DNA of 64,000 bases from an uncultured delta proteobacterium (GCA_963724765.1 CAVRVY010000001.1:1120001-1184000), one strand, 5' to 3'; shown: positions 31,373 to 41,690, numbered from the stretch's first letter. Notes: generated from the letters alone by a model not told the origin. A program made the numbers and translations.

Positions 31373-32452
31373 GTGGAACACGCGCGCATAACTCCGGCCA
31401 AAGCGCCAGCCAGAGCTGCAGCATTGATCGCGCATGGCGGCGCGGGCGGCCGCGGTCCGGCCACAGAGCGGCCGGAGCGCCGGCGCGGGATGCTGGCCGC
31501 GGTGGCTGCCGGCGCGGAAGTCCTGCGCGCCGGCGGCAGCGCGCTCGACGCGGTCGTCGCCACGGTGCTCGCCCTGGAGGACCATCCGCTGTTCAACGCT
31601 GGCGTGGGCTCGCTGCTGACGGTCGAGGGAACGGTGGAGATGGACGCGTCGGTAATGGTTGCCCTGCCGCCGCCGCCGATGCCGCGCCGCGGCGCGGCAT
31701 CGGCGGCGGCAGCCGGCGCTCGCGCCGCGACCCTCGGACCGCTCCCGCGCGCAATATTGCGCGCCGGTGCGGTCGCCGGAATCACGCGCGTGCGCAATCC
31801 GATCCTGCTCGCGCGCGCGGTGATGGAGCTTACGCCGCACGTGCTGATGGCGGGTGCGGGCGCCGAGCGCCTCGCGCGCCGCGCCGGAATCGCGCTCTGC
31901 CGCCCCGCCGACCTGATAACGTTGCGCGCGCGCGAGCGCTGGCGCGCTGCGATCGAGCGCCGCGCCGAAGCTGCCGGGACCGCCGCCGCAGGCGGCGGTC
32001 CCGGCAGCTTCGGCACCGTCGGCGCGGTCGCGCTCGACGCGGCGGGCGGGCTCGCCGCGGCGACTTCGACCGGTGGAGTCAGCGGCAAGTTGCCCGGACG
32101 CGTCGGCGACTCGGCCATAATCGGCGCCGGGACTTTTGCCGACGCCGACGGCGCGGCCTCCGCGACGGGGCAGGGCGAGGCCATTATGAAGGCCGCGCTC
32201 TGCCGCGAGGCAGTGGCGGCGCTTCGGCGCGGTGAGCCGCGCGCAGTCGCCGAGCGCGCGATCGCCGAGTTGGCGGCGCTGACCGGCGGCCAGGCCGGTG
32301 TCGTGGTGATCGATCGTCGTGGCAGGCTTGGCTACGCGCACAATGCCCAAGTGATGGACGTGGCGATGTTCGACGCCATCGGCGGCTTCGCGTATCGATG
32401 GGCCGCGCCGCTTAAGAGCCGCGGCGACGTCGCGCCGGCGACTGGCGGCTAG
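31373..32452 (+). CDS. iaaA: isoaspartyl peptidase/L-asparaginase (Ntn hydrolase)
   Basis: HGGAG, LEDHPLFNAG, G-TVGAVA nucleophile Thr, TSTGG, GRVGDS and TGQGE. Confidence 0.88.
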   Translation: MEHARITPAKAPARAAALIAHGGAGGRGPATERPERRRGMLAAVAAGAEVLRAGGSALDAVVATVLALEDHPLFNAGVGSLLTVEGTVEMDASVMVALPPPPMPRRGAASAAAAGARAATLGPLPRAILRAGAVAGITRVRNPILLARAVMELTPHVLMAGAGAERLARRAGIALCRPADLITLRARERWRAAIERRAEAAGTAAAGGGPGSFGTVGAVALDAAGGLAAATSTGGVSGKLPGRVGDSAIIGAGTFADADGAASATGQGEAIMKAALCREAVAALRRGEPRAVAERAIAELAALTGGQAGVVVIDRRGRLGYAHNAQVMDVAMFDAIGGFAYRWAAPLKSRGDVAPATGG

Positions 32453-32465
32453 CGGCGCTCGTCAT

Positions 32466-34256
32466 ATGGCGATCGGGGTGCGGCCCCATCTGGGAGTGCA
32501 ACGAGCGGTTGCGGTCGCACTGGTTGCGGCGGCGATCGTGCTCAGCCTTGGTATCGGCGCGCCATTCGAGAAGGACCAGGAGCCGCAATCGGCACAATGG
32601 ATCCAGGCGATCGTCCAGCGCGGACAGTGGCTGCTGCCGCAGGACGACTACGGCGGAATCGACCGCAAGCCGCCGCTTTACTACTGGCTGTCGGCGTTGG
32701 CCGTGAAGGCCGTCGGCGCGCGCGTCGACGAGGTCAGCGCGCGTCTCGTCGCGTTGGTCGCGGGCGTCATGCTCGCGGTCGCGGTGATGCGGTGGAGCGC
32801 GGCCTTCCTCGGCGAGACCACCGGGTGGCTTGCGCTCGCCTTCGTGCTGGGCACCTACGGTTTCGCTTCACGCGCGACGCTCGATCTCACTGACATGCTG
32901 CTTTCTTTTCTGCTCTTCGCGGCGTGGTGGTGTATCTATCTGCTTCTGGAAGAGGATGGCTCACGCGCCGTGTCGATTTTGGGCGGCGGGCTGCTGGGGC
33001 TGGCGGTGCTGACCAAGGGACCGGTTGCGATCGTGCTGATCGGCTTGGCGGGCTTCATCTACTTGCTGCTGGTCAGGCGGTCGCCGTTCGCGGTCCTGGC
33101 TCGCGGATGGCCGTGGGGGATGATGGCAGTGGCGCTGATGATCGGCGCGTGCTGGTACGTGCCGGCCTTTGTCGAGGGCGGACGGGTCGTGGTCGGCGTG
33201 TTTCTCTCGGAGAATTTCGGCCACTTCATGCCCTCGGCGCTGGGTGGGACGGGCGAGGCGGCACGGCCGGTATGGTATGTCGCGGCCCGGATGTTCGGCA
33301 GCGCGCTGCCGCAAAGCATGCTGGTTGTCGCGCTGGCGTTTGCGCTCTTGCGGCGCGACGGCGATAAGCGAGCGCGCAAGCCGCTGCTTTTTCAGTTGAG
33401 TCTGGTGCTGGCGGTGCTGGCTTTCTTTTCGATCGCTAGCTCCAAGCGCGACGATTACATTCTGCCCGCGATGCCTGGGTTGGCGATTCTGTTTGCCGCA
33501 CTGTTCACCGGTGCGGCGATCGCTCCCGAACGCGAGCGCTCACCGTCGGGCAGAGTTCGCGACTTCATCGCGGCGGTAATCGCGGCCGCATTCGTCGCGC
33601 TGGTCGCCGGCGCGCTGGTTGCGGCGCATCAGCCGCAGTTGCTCGCCGCGTTTTCCGCTGGACTGCAGTCGAGCGACGTCGTGTTTCTCGAACTGTTTCT
33701 GAGCGGGATGCGGCGTCTGTCGCCGCCGTTCATGATCTTCGCCGCCGGCTCGATCATCGGCGCGGTGGTCGTGTTTGCCGGGCTGTTGGTCCGCCGCCCG
33801 CTGTGGTCGGGTGCAGGATTGGCTGCGATGGCGCTTTTCGGATCGACGCTCTTTGCCGGCACGCTCAAACCCGAGTCCGCGCGTGCGCGGTCGGTGAAGA
33901 CGTTCGCAGAGCAAATTCATCGCCGCGTCGGCGACGCGCCGCTCTACGTTGCGTGGGGCCACGATTACGAGCTGTCCTTCTATTATGGCCGCGGCATCTG
34001 GGGTCTGGATCAGCCGAACCCGTCGGTTTTGGCTTCTGACTTCGCCTCGGATCGGCCGGTTTACGTCGTCGCGCGGCCGCGCGAGCTTTCACGAATCGCC
34101 CCGGCGCTTCGCATCCGACTGAAACTCGTGATGCGATCCGGCCTGGTCGGCGGCGGCGGGCCGCCCGCGCTGTATGAACTCACGCCCGAGCCCGTCTCGC
34201 CGCCGGCGCCCGCCCCGCCCGCGACTTTGAATTCAGGTGCGCCTGCGACTAAATAG
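32466..34256 (+). CDS. ArnT/GT83-like lipid glycosyltransferase (GT-C fold)
   Basis: RKPPLYYW, DMLL, LTKGP and SSKRDDYILP motifs, with many TMs. Confidence 0.85.
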   Translation: MAIGVRPHLGVQRAVAVALVAAAIVLSLGIGAPFEKDQEPQSAQWIQAIVQRGQWLLPQDDYGGIDRKPPLYYWLSALAVKAVGARVDEVSARLVALVAGVMLAVAVMRWSAAFLGETTGWLALAFVLGTYGFASRATLDLTDMLLSFLLFAAWWCIYLLLEEDGSRAVSILGGGLLGLAVLTKGPVAIVLIGLAGFIYLLLVRRSPFAVLARGWPWGMMAVALMIGACWYVPAFVEGGRVVVGVFLSENFGHFMPSALGGTGEAARPVWYVAARMFGSALPQSMLVVALAFALLRRDGDKRARKPLLFQLSLVLAVLAFFSIASSKRDDYILPAMPGLAILFAALFTGAAIAPERERSPSGRVRDFIAAVIAAAFVALVAGALVAAHQPQLLAAFSAGLQSSDVVFLELFLSGMRRLSPPFMIFAAGSIIGAVVVFAGLLVRRPLWSGAGLAAMALFGSTLFAGTLKPESARARSVKTFAEQIHRRVGDAPLYVAWGHDYELSFYYGRGIWGLDQPNPSVLASDFASDRPVYVVARPRELSRIAPALRIRLKLVMRSGLVGGGGPPALYELTPEPVSPPAPAPPATLNSGAPATK

Positions 34257-34288
34257 GAATGGCGGGTTCCGGGACGTTGGTGACAAGC

Positions 34289-34504
34289 ATGGCGGGAAAA
34301 CAAGACAAGGTTCAGGAATCGATAAGTTGGATCGTGCGGCTGCTGGTATCGCTGATTCTGCCGCTATGGGGAATCGTGCTGATCGTACTCGGCCTGAAAT
34401 ATGGCTCGGCATGGTGGATAGCCAGTGGGGTCGCGATTCGGGCCACCGGAGTGGTCACGTTCGTCGGTTCGCCACTGATACGCCTCGGCGGCCGCGAGGG
34501 CTGA
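34289..34504 (+). CDS. small two-TM membrane protein
   Basis: Two hydrophobic segments, follows the arnT-like gene. Confidence 0.55.
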   Translation: MAGKQDKVQESISWIVRLLVSLILPLWGIVLIVLGLKYGSAWWIASGVAIRATGVVTFVGSPLIRLGGREG

Positions 34505-34597
34505 GAGCCGCGTTGCCGGCGCAAACAGCGCGGGGCCAGCGCAAGAGCGCCAGCCCCGCTTCTTCACCTGTTCAACGGAATCAGCTTCGCGAAAATC

Positions 34598-35206
34598 TTA
34601 AGCCTTGGCGCTCGGCCGCGAGGACACCGTCTCGTGCCATCGTGCCAGGTTCTTCTGCTCGGGCGTTATCCGCAGCTTGATCAGCTTGGCGAAGTCGATC
34701 GCGACCAGCGCCGTGATGTCGGCGATCGTGTAGCGCTCGCCGGCGATGAATTTGCTCGCGGCCAGGAACCCGTCGATCATCGTGAATGCCTTCTCCGCCG
34801 CCTGCCGGCAGACCTCGCCGTACTCGGGCACCTGCGGGATACGTCCCTTGAAGAAATCCGAGGTATTGCGAAACGCTCCGGTCACCATCGCGAACAGGTT
34901 CTGTTCCATCCGCCGCTGCCACATCTCGACCAGCGCCCTGTCGCGCGCGTCGACGCCCATCAGGCGCGGCTCGGGATGGGTCTCCTCGAAGTAGCGGCAG
35001 ATTGCGACCGACTCGGCGAGGTAGGTGCCGTCGTCCAGTTGCAGCACCGGCACTCCGCCGAATGGGTTGATCTTCAGGAACTCCGGCGTGCGGTTTTGCG
35101 CCTTGGCGAGGTCGATCTGCTCGTCGGGGACCTGGACGCCTTTTTCGGCCAGGAAGATCCGCACGCGGCGCGGATTGGGCGCCATCTTGGTATCGTAAAG
35201 CTTCAT
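34598..35206 (-). CDS. glutathione S-transferase family protein
   Basis: APNPRRVRIF, INPFGGVPVL, ESVAICRY and GERYTIADI. AAGGAG RBS. Confidence 0.93.
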   Translation of the reverse strand: MKLYDTKMAPNPRRVRIFLAEKGVQVPDEQIDLAKAQNRTPEFLKINPFGGVPVLQLDDGTYLAESVAICRYFEETHPEPRLMGVDARDRALVEMWQRRMEQNLFAMVTGAFRNTSDFFKGRIPQVPEYGEVCRQAAEKAFTMIDGFLAASKFIAGERYTIADITALVAIDFAKLIKLRITPEQKNLARWHETVSSRPSAKA

Positions 35207-35221
35207 CGTTATTTCTCCTTC

Positions 35222-35257
35222 CGGAATTTTGCCGGGATTGTCGCGGAATTTTGCCGG
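35222..35257. promoter_or_regulatory. 14-bp direct repeat with 22-bp period in a divergent promoter region
   Basis: CGGAATTTTGCCGG at 35222-35235 and 35244-35257. Confidence 0.5.
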
Positions 35258-35405
35258 ATGCTAGCAATGGGTGGAGTTCGATGCCAAACGGCGCGCGTGC
35301 CCAGTTGTTCGGACGGCGGTCAAACGGAATGCCGCGGATTGCCAACGCGCGGATCCCCAGGGCGGCGGTTTGCCCGCTTCATTTGGCGGAGTTATTGTCA
35401 TTGCG

Positions 35406-35741
35406 ATGCCGATCTACGAGTACGAATGCGCGGCCTGTGCGAAGGTAAGCTCGCACGTCGTGATGGGCTCGCGGCGCCGCTCGCGGCTGGCCTGCCCGGC
35501 GTGCGGGGCGGCGCGGCTTAAGCGCGTGATGTCGTCGTTCGCGGTGGTTTCGAGCGAGGCGTCGCGGCTGGCGGAGTTCGACACCTCGCGCCCGCGCGAC
35601 GAGTCGTTCTATCGCGACTCGCGCAACGTCGGACTGTGGGCCAAGAAGCGCGCGAAGGAAATGGGCGCGGACCTGGGAAGCAAATTCGAGGAGACGGTCG
35701 AAAAAGCGCGCAGCGGCAAACTGGTCAAGGAAATGCTCTAA
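35406..35741 (+). CDS. FmdB family zinc-ribbon protein
   Basis: MPIYEYECAAC...CPACG...RVMSSF. Confidence 0.88.
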   Translation: MPIYEYECAACAKVSSHVVMGSRRRSRLACPACGAARLKRVMSSFAVVSSEASRLAEFDTSRPRDESFYRDSRNVGLWAKKRAKEMGADLGSKFEETVEKARSGKLVKEML

Positions 35742-35785
35742 GGAAATCGCGCGCGGTGCTCCGATCCAATACGCAAGGAACAAAA

Positions 35786-35837
35786 GCGGGACACGACGCG
35801 GGACAAAGAAAAAGCGCGACAGAGAAAGAGCGGGACA
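35786..35837 (+). repeat. purine-rich tandem repeat GCG(G/C)GACA x4
   Basis: Copies start at 35786, 35798, 35814 and 35830, with A/G-rich spacers. Confidence 0.6.
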
Positions 35838-35843
35838 AAAGAG

Positions 35844-36098
35844 ATGGACGAAAAAGATCGTTACGGTGACAAGCTTCACGACGTCGAACGCGCACGCGAA
35901 GAGCAGTGGGCCCATCAGCGTGACCAGGAATTGCTCGAGAAGCTGCGCAAACAGGGCGACGACGCGCTCTGCCCGCAGTGCCGCAAGCCCTTGGTGGCCC
36001 AGACGCGCGGCGGCGTCGCGATGATGGCGTGCGCGGACCAACACGGCGCATGGCTGCGCGCCGAGGTGCTCGACGCGATCTTCAAGCGTTTGAAGTGA
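35844..36098 (+). CDS. small zinc-finger (zf-TFIIB-like) protein
   Basis: EEQWAHQRDQELLEKLR followed by CPQC...CADQHGAWL. Confidence 0.75.
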   Translation: MDEKDRYGDKLHDVERAREEQWAHQRDQELLEKLRKQGDDALCPQCRKPLVAQTRGGVAMMACADQHGAWLRAEVLDAIFKRLK

Positions 36099-36191
36099 AC
36101 ACTACTCATTGATGGTCGTGGCGGCCCCACGACCTCGAACTGTCCGCTCCATTCGGCGCTCGCCCGATTGCGCGAGCAGGGGGGGAATGAC

Positions 36192-37067
36192 ATGAAGCTC
36201 GCAACCTTCACGCATCAGGGAAGCACGCGTATCGGCGTCGTGGTCGACGACGCGGTGGTCGATCTTGCCGCGGCGGCGCCGGAGTTGCCGCGCGAGATGG
36301 CGGCGCTGTTGGCGGCCGGCGCAGGCGCGGTGGATCGCGCACGCGCGGCGGCGGCCGCGGGCAAAAACCGGATCGCGCTCGGCCAGGTGAAAATCGAAGC
36401 ACCGATTCGGCGTCCACCCGAGTTCCTCGCGATTGGGTTGAACTACGCCGACCATATCGGAGAGACCGGCCGCGAGCGCCCAACCTTTCCGATCTTCTTC
36501 AACAAGCAGATCACCTGCGTCAACGGGCCCTATGACCCGATTCATCTGCCGCGTGCCTCGGAGGCGCTGGATTACGAGGGCGAACTGGGCCTCGTTATCG
36601 GGCGGCGCTGCCGCCACGTGCCGCGCGAGCGCGCTCACGAGGTTATCGGCGGCTATATGATCGTCAACGACGTGAGCGTGCGCGACTGGCAGCGCAAGGC
36701 GGCCACGATGACGCTCGGCAAGTCGTGGGACACCCATGGCCCGACCGGGCCGTGGATCGTGACGCCGGACGAAATCGGCGACCCGCACACGCTCGAACTG
36801 CGCACGCTGGTCAATGGCGAAGAGCGCCAGCATTCGAACACGCGCCACCTGATCTTCGACTGCTTCTCGATCATCGAAACGCTTTCGACCGTATGCACGC
36901 TCGAGCCGGGTCTCATCATCTCGACCGGAACTCCGTCGGGCGTGGCCTTGGCGATGAAGCCGCCGCGCTGGCTCAAGGCCGGCGACGTGGTGCGGATCGA
37001 AATCGAACGTATCGGGTATATCGAAAACCGCGTGATCGACGAGCCCGCCAGCACCACGGTCATCTGA
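36192..37067 (+). CDS. fumarylacetoacetate hydrolase family protein
   Basis: GLNYADH, DYEGEL, NDVSVRD, GKSWDT and TGTPSGV motifs. Confidence 0.93.
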   Translation: MKLATFTHQGSTRIGVVVDDAVVDLAAAAPELPREMAALLAAGAGAVDRARAAAAAGKNRIALGQVKIEAPIRRPPEFLAIGLNYADHIGETGRERPTFPIFFNKQITCVNGPYDPIHLPRASEALDYEGELGLVIGRRCRHVPRERAHEVIGGYMIVNDVSVRDWQRKAATMTLGKSWDTHGPTGPWIVTPDEIGDPHTLELRTLVNGEERQHSNTRHLIFDCFSIIETLSTVCTLEPGLIISTGTPSGVALAMKPPRWLKAGDVVRIEIERIGYIENRVIDEPASTTVI

Positions 37068-37070
37068 GGC

Positions 37071-37655
37071 ATGGAAAAACCGGCAGAGACCGCCCATCCG
37101 ATCGAGGAGTTGCTGCGGCGGCGATGGAGTCCGCGGGCGTTCGCCGAGCGGCCGGTCGAACCGGAGAAGCTGGCGAGCATGTTCGAGGCCGCACGATGGT
37201 CGGCCTCTTGCTTCAACGAGCAGCCGTGGAGTTTTATCGTCGCCACCCGCGACGACGCGGCCGAATTCGCACGCCTGCTGAGTTGTCTCATCGACGGTAA
37301 TCAGGCCTGGGTCTCCCATGCGCCGGTGTTGATGGTGTCGGTGGCGCGGCTCAACTTTGCGCAGAACGGGCAGCCTAACCGGCAGGCAATCCACGACGTT
37401 GGGTTCGCGACGGCGCAAATGATCCTGCAGGCGACGGCGATGGGCCTTTTCGCGCATCCGATGGCCGGGTTTTACCCCGACAAGGTGCGCGAGCTTTACG
37501 GCGTGCCCGAGGGTTACGAGCCGGTCGCCGCGATCGCGGCGGGCTATCCGGGTGATCCGGCGGCGCTAAGCGAATCGCTTCGCCAGCGCGAGCTTGCGCC
37601 CCGTGTGCGCAAGCCTCAGGAGGAATTCGTGTTGCGCGGGCGCTTCCGCGCATGA
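37071..37655 (+). CDS. nitroreductase family protein
   Basis: RWSPRAF, AARWSASCFNEQPW, HPMAGF and IAAGYPG. Confidence 0.92.
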   Translation: MEKPAETAHPIEELLRRRWSPRAFAERPVEPEKLASMFEAARWSASCFNEQPWSFIVATRDDAAEFARLLSCLIDGNQAWVSHAPVLMVSVARLNFAQNGQPNRQAIHDVGFATAQMILQATAMGLFAHPMAGFYPDKVRELYGVPEGYEPVAAIAAGYPGDPAALSESLRQRELAPRVRKPQEEFVLRGRFRA

Positions 37656-37710
37656 TTAGCGAACCCTGAGATTCGGAGCGGCGGCGCGACGCCGATAAAA
37701 CGAGTCCATG

Positions 37711-37739
37711 TTGACAGGGTGATCCTCGCCAACTACATG
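37711..37739 (+). promoter_or_regulatory. possible sigma70 promoter of the nuo operon
   Basis: TTGACA-N17-TACATG. Confidence 0.4.
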
Positions 37740-37792
37740 AGGATCAGGGGACCTGCCCGAGTCTCGGCACATGAGGCCGCAGGCATAAAGAG

Positions 37793-38233
37793 ATGTATTT
37801 CAACTTCAGCGTCGTGCTCGCACTCACGATCCTGGCGCTTGGCGTCTCGGCGCTGCTGCTCGGCCTGCAAAAGCTGCTGGCGCCGAGCAATCCACACGCG
37901 CGCAAGCTGATGGCCTACGAGTGCGGCGAGCCGCCCACCGGACGCGCCTGGATAAATTTCAACGTCCGCTTCTATCTGATTGCGCTGATCTTCGTAATCT
38001 TCGAGGTCGAGGTCGCCTTCATTTACCCGGTCGCCGCCGTGTTTTCGGACTGGGTGCGCCATGGTCAGCGGCTGTTCGCGCTCGCCGAACTGCTCATCTT
38101 CCTGCTGATCCTGTTAGTCGGGCTGGCTTACGTGTGGGTCAAGCACGACCTCGAGTGGGTCAAGCAAGTCTCCGCAAGCCAGGTCCCTGCAAGCAAGGTC
38201 CCCGCAAGCAAGCCTCTGCGAGCAAATATCTGA
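37793..38233 (+). CDS. nuoA: NADH-quinone oxidoreductase subunit A
   Basis: YECGEPP and FYLIALIFVIFEVE. Confidence 0.93.
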   Translation: MYFNFSVVLALTILALGVSALLLGLQKLLAPSNPHARKLMAYECGEPPTGRAWINFNVRFYLIALIFVIFEVEVAFIYPVAAVFSDWVRHGQRLFALAELLIFLLILLVGLAYVWVKHDLEWVKQVSASQVPASKVPASKPLRANI

Positions 38234-38268
38234 CCGACAGCGTAGACTGATTGGATGAAGGTCGAACA

Positions 38269-38772
38269 ATGCCGTTGCTGAACAGTCTGCCGGACTATGT
38301 CCTGACCGCCAAGACCGACGAGCTCATCAACTGGATGCGCAAGTCGAGCATCTGGTACATGCTCTTCGGACTGGCCTGCTGCGCGATCGAGCTGATGCAT
38401 ACGGGCGGTCCGCGCGCCGATATCGAGCGCTTCGGCGCGACCCCGCGCGCGTCCGCGCGCCAATCGGACCTGATGATCATCGCGGGCACGTTGACGCTCA
38501 AGATGGCGCTGCGCACGCGCCTGTTGTACGACCAGATGCCCGATCCGAAGTACGTGATCTCGATGGGAAGCTGCTCGAACTGCGGCGGCCTGTTTCAGCT
38601 CGCGTACTCGGTGTGCGATGGCGTCGACAAGGTCATCCCGGTCGATGTTTACGTGCCGGGATGCCCGCCGCGTCCCGAGGCGCTGACCGAGGGCCTGCTG
38701 AAGCTGCAGGAAAAGATCATGACCGAACGCTGGCTCGCCAAGGCGCCGGGCGCCAAGGGAGAGGCCGCTTAG
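38269..38772 (+). CDS. nuoB: NADH-quinone oxidoreductase subunit B
   Basis: [22 protein letters not shown] and [14 protein letters not shown]. Confidence 0.95.
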   Translation: MPLLNSLPDYVLTAKTDELINWMRKSSIWYMLFGLACCAIELMHTGGPRADIERFGATPRASARQSDLMIIAGTLTLKMALRTRLLYDQMPDPKYVISMGSCSNCGGLFQLAYSVCDGVDKVIPVDVYVPGCPPRPEALTEGLLKLQEKIMTERWLAKAPGAKGEAA

Positions 38773-38784
38773 TCGCCGCCAACG

Positions 38785-39303
38785 ATGGAGCCGCTCCAGA
38801 TATACGAGCGACTCAAGAGGCGCTTCGGCGAGCGGGTTCTGGAGACGATCGAGAAGAAGCCGGACCCGTTTGCCGTGGTTGACCCGGCCGCGCTGATCGA
38901 AATCTGTCAGTACCTGCGCGAGGATCCGGAGCTTGCGATGGATTGCCTGTCGAACGAGACCGGCGTCGATTACAAGGACCACGTCGAGGTCGTCTACCAT
39001 CTGTTCTCGTACAGCTATCGCCATGGCGCGGTGCTCAAGATCAAACTTCCGCGCGAAGAGCCGCGTGTGGCGACCGTCGAGAGCATCTGGAAGTCGGCCA
39101 ACTGGATGGAGCGCGAAATTTTCGACCTGGTGGGCGTCAACTTCGAGGGCCACAGCGATCTGCGCCGCATCCTGATGCCCGAGGACTGGCCCGGCCATCC
39201 GCTGCGCAAGGACTTCGTCGAACCGCAGGAATATCACGGCATCTCGACCGTGCGCGAAAGTCCGATCGTCCGCCTGGATCACCATAAGAAAAAACCAGCA
39301 TAA
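38785..39303 (+). CDS. nuoC: NADH-quinone oxidoreductase subunit C
   Basis: [13 protein letters not shown]...GHPLRKD. Confidence 0.95.
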   Translation: MEPLQIYERLKRRFGERVLETIEKKPDPFAVVDPAALIEICQYLREDPELAMDCLSNETGVDYKDHVEVVYHLFSYSYRHGAVLKIKLPREEPRVATVESIWKSANWMEREIFDLVGVNFEGHSDLRRILMPEDWPGHPLRKDFVEPQEYHGISTVRESPIVRLDHHKKKPA

Positions 39304-39308
39304 GAAAA

Positions 39309-40442
39309 ATGAGCGACGCGACCGAGCCAACGCTGCGCACCGAGGAAATGACCCTCAATATGGGGCCGCAGCATCCCTCGACCCACGGGGTGTTGCGCTT
39401 CGTGATTCGCGCCGACGGCGAAGTGATGCGCGAGGCCGTGCCCGACGTCGGCTACTTGCATCGCTCGATCGAGAAGATCGCCGAGAAGGTCGGCTATCAC
39501 GGCTTCATGCCGTACACCGATCGCGTCGATTACGTGTGCGCGATGTTCACCAACCAGGGCTGGGGGATGGCGTGCGAGAAGCTCGCCGGTATCGAAGTGC
39601 CGCGCCGCGGCGAGTACTGCCGGGTGGTCTCCACGGAATTCAACCGTATCGCATCGCATCTGCTCACGGTCGGCCTGATGGGGATGGATATCGGGGCGAT
39701 GACGCCCTTTCTGCACGCGCTGCGCGAGCGCGAAATGATCAACGATCTGATCGAAGAGCTGTGCGGCGCGCGGCTCACCTTCAATTACATGCGTATCGGC
39801 GGCGTGGCGTGGGATCTGCCGCCGGGCTGGCGTGAGAAAGCGCTCGCCTACCTCGATCATCTCGATCCGATTCTGGAGGAGTACAACGCGCTCTTCTCCT
39901 ACAACAAGATCTGCATCCAGCGCCTGGCCAACGTCGCCCCGATAAGCGCCGAGGAGGCGATCAACTACAACCTGGTCGGGCCCAACCTGCGCGCTTGCGG
40001 CGTCAAATGGGACGTGCGCAAGGACATGCCGTACTCGGCCTATTCCGACTTCGAGTTCGACGTTCCGATCGGCCACGGGGAGTGGGGCACGATCGGCGAC
40101 TCGATGGACCGCTACATGATGCGGATCTACGAGATGAAGGAGTCGGCGAGGATTCTTCGCCAGGCGCTCACGCGGATGCCCGACGGCCCGGTGCTGGCCA
40201 AGGTGGTGCGCAATTTCCGTCCGCCGGCCGGCGAATGCCAGGTGCGCGTGGAAAGCGCCCGCGGCGACCAGGGATGGTACGTGGTGAGCGATGGCAGCGG
40301 CTATCCGTGGCGGGTCCACGTGCGCACCGGCTCGTTCGCCGCGATGGGGATCATCCAGAAGCTCAGCCGCGGGCTGATGATCGCGGACCTGGTGGTGCTG
40401 ATCGCGAGTCTCGACGTTATTGCGCCGGAGATCGATCGCTAG
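39309..40442 (+). CDS. nuoD: NADH-quinone oxidoreductase subunit D
   Basis: [24 protein letters not shown] and C-terminal EIDR. No NiFe CxxC motifs. Confidence 0.95.
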   Translation: MSDATEPTLRTEEMTLNMGPQHPSTHGVLRFVIRADGEVMREAVPDVGYLHRSIEKIAEKVGYHGFMPYTDRVDYVCAMFTNQGWGMACEKLAGIEVPRRGEYCRVVSTEFNRIASHLLTVGLMGMDIGAMTPFLHALREREMINDLIEELCGARLTFNYMRIGGVAWDLPPGWREKALAYLDHLDPILEEYNALFSYNKICIQRLANVAPISAEEAINYNLVGPNLRACGVKWDVRKDMPYSAYSDFEFDVPIGHGEWGTIGDSMDRYMMRIYEMKESARILRQALTRMPDGPVLAKVVRNFRPPAGECQVRVESARGDQGWYVVSDGSGYPWRVHVRTGSFAAMGIIQKLSRGLMIADLVVLIASLDVIAPEIDR

Positions 40443-40449
40443 GGCGCCG

Positions 40450-41640
40450 ATGCAAAACTGGATCAACAGCCTGATCGCCGCCGGCGAGTTCGGAAAAAAT
40501 CCGCCGCGCGACCTGGTCTACGCGGCCTTCATCTTCGTGCTGAGCGCGGTGGTCTTCCTGGGCGTGGCCTTTCCCTTCGCCGGGATCGTGAGCTGGGTCG
40601 AGCGCCGCGTGTGGGCGCGTATCCAGTCGCGCGTCGGCCCCAACCGCGTCGGTCCCAACGGCTCGCTGCAATGGCTCGCCGACGGCGCCAAGCACGTGCT
40701 CAAGGAAGACATCATTCCCGACGAGGCCGACGCGCGGCTGTTCAAACTGGCGCCATACGTGGTCGTGCTCGGCTTCGTGCTGCCGTGGGCGGTGATGCCG
40801 TTCTCCTCGGCGCTCATCCTCGCCGACCTCAACGTCGGTATCCTCTACTTCACAGCGATAACCGCGCTGACGGTGGTCGGCGTGCTGATGGCCGGATGGG
40901 CGTCGGACAACAAGTGGTCGCTGATCGGCGGCATCCGCTCGGCGGCCCAGATCATCAGCTATGAGATTCCCGCCGGGATGTCGATTTTCCCGGTGGTGTT
41001 GATCACCGGCACGCTCTCGATGCAGGGAATCATCCGGGCCCAGGAATGGGAGCCGTATCACTGGTTCCTGTTCTCGAATCCGTTCTGTTTCGTCGCGGCG
41101 ATCGTGCTTTACATATCGGCGCTGGCCGAAGGCAATCGCACGCCGTTCGATCTGCCGGAGGCCGAGTCCGAGCTGGTCGCCGGTTTCGCGACCGAGTACA
41201 GCGGGATGCGCTACCTGCTTTTCTTCTTCGCCGAGTGGGGCAACATGTTCATCGCCGGCGCGCTCATCACGACCCTGTACCTTGGCGGATGGCAGGCGCC
41301 GCAGCTGAGCTCGAGCCCGGTCGTGATGAACGTGCTCGAGCTGTTGAGCTTCAACGTCAAGGTACTGTTTTTGGTTTTCACCTCGATGTGGGTGCGGGGG
41401 ACGCTGCCGCGGGTCAGAATCGATCAGATGATGTCGCTCTGCTGGAAGTTTTTCGTGCCGATCGCCTTCATCAATATGATCGGCACGGCAGTGTGGGTCG
41501 CAATCTGGCCCGACGGTAACCCGGTCGCGGGCTATGTGATGTTCGCGCTGGGCGTGGCGATTACCGTGCTGTTCATCCAGCGCGTGATGTACTATCTGAA
41601 GCGCTCGCGGATGGAGATGTACCTGCATCCGACGATCTGA
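40450..41640 (+). CDS. nuoH: NADH-quinone oxidoreductase subunit H
   Basis: ERRV...RVGPNRVG, RSAAQIISYE and NRTPFDLPEAESELVAG. Confidence 0.95.
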   Translation: MQNWINSLIAAGEFGKNPPRDLVYAAFIFVLSAVVFLGVAFPFAGIVSWVERRVWARIQSRVGPNRVGPNGSLQWLADGAKHVLKEDIIPDEADARLFKLAPYVVVLGFVLPWAVMPFSSALILADLNVGILYFTAITALTVVGVLMAGWASDNKWSLIGGIRSAAQIISYEIPAGMSIFPVVLITGTLSMQGIIRAQEWEPYHWFLFSNPFCFVAAIVLYISALAEGNRTPFDLPEAESELVAGFATEYSGMRYLLFFFAEWGNMFIAGALITTLYLGGWQAPQLSSSPVVMNVLELLSFNVKVLFLVFTSMWVRGTLPRVRIDQMMSLCWKFFVPIAFINMIGTAVWVAIWPDGNPVAGYVMFALGVAITVLFIQRVMYYLKRSRMEMYLHPTI

Positions 41641-41690
41641 GCGGGCGATTCTGAGCGAACGATCCGAGCGAGAGGCGCGCGGCGCGAACG

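Noticed and set aside
38269-40442. Group 4 [NiFe]-hydrogenase interpretation
   Set aside because: The large subunit lacks both CxxC motifs and has the NuoD quinone-site signature. NuoB has the tandem CC motif.
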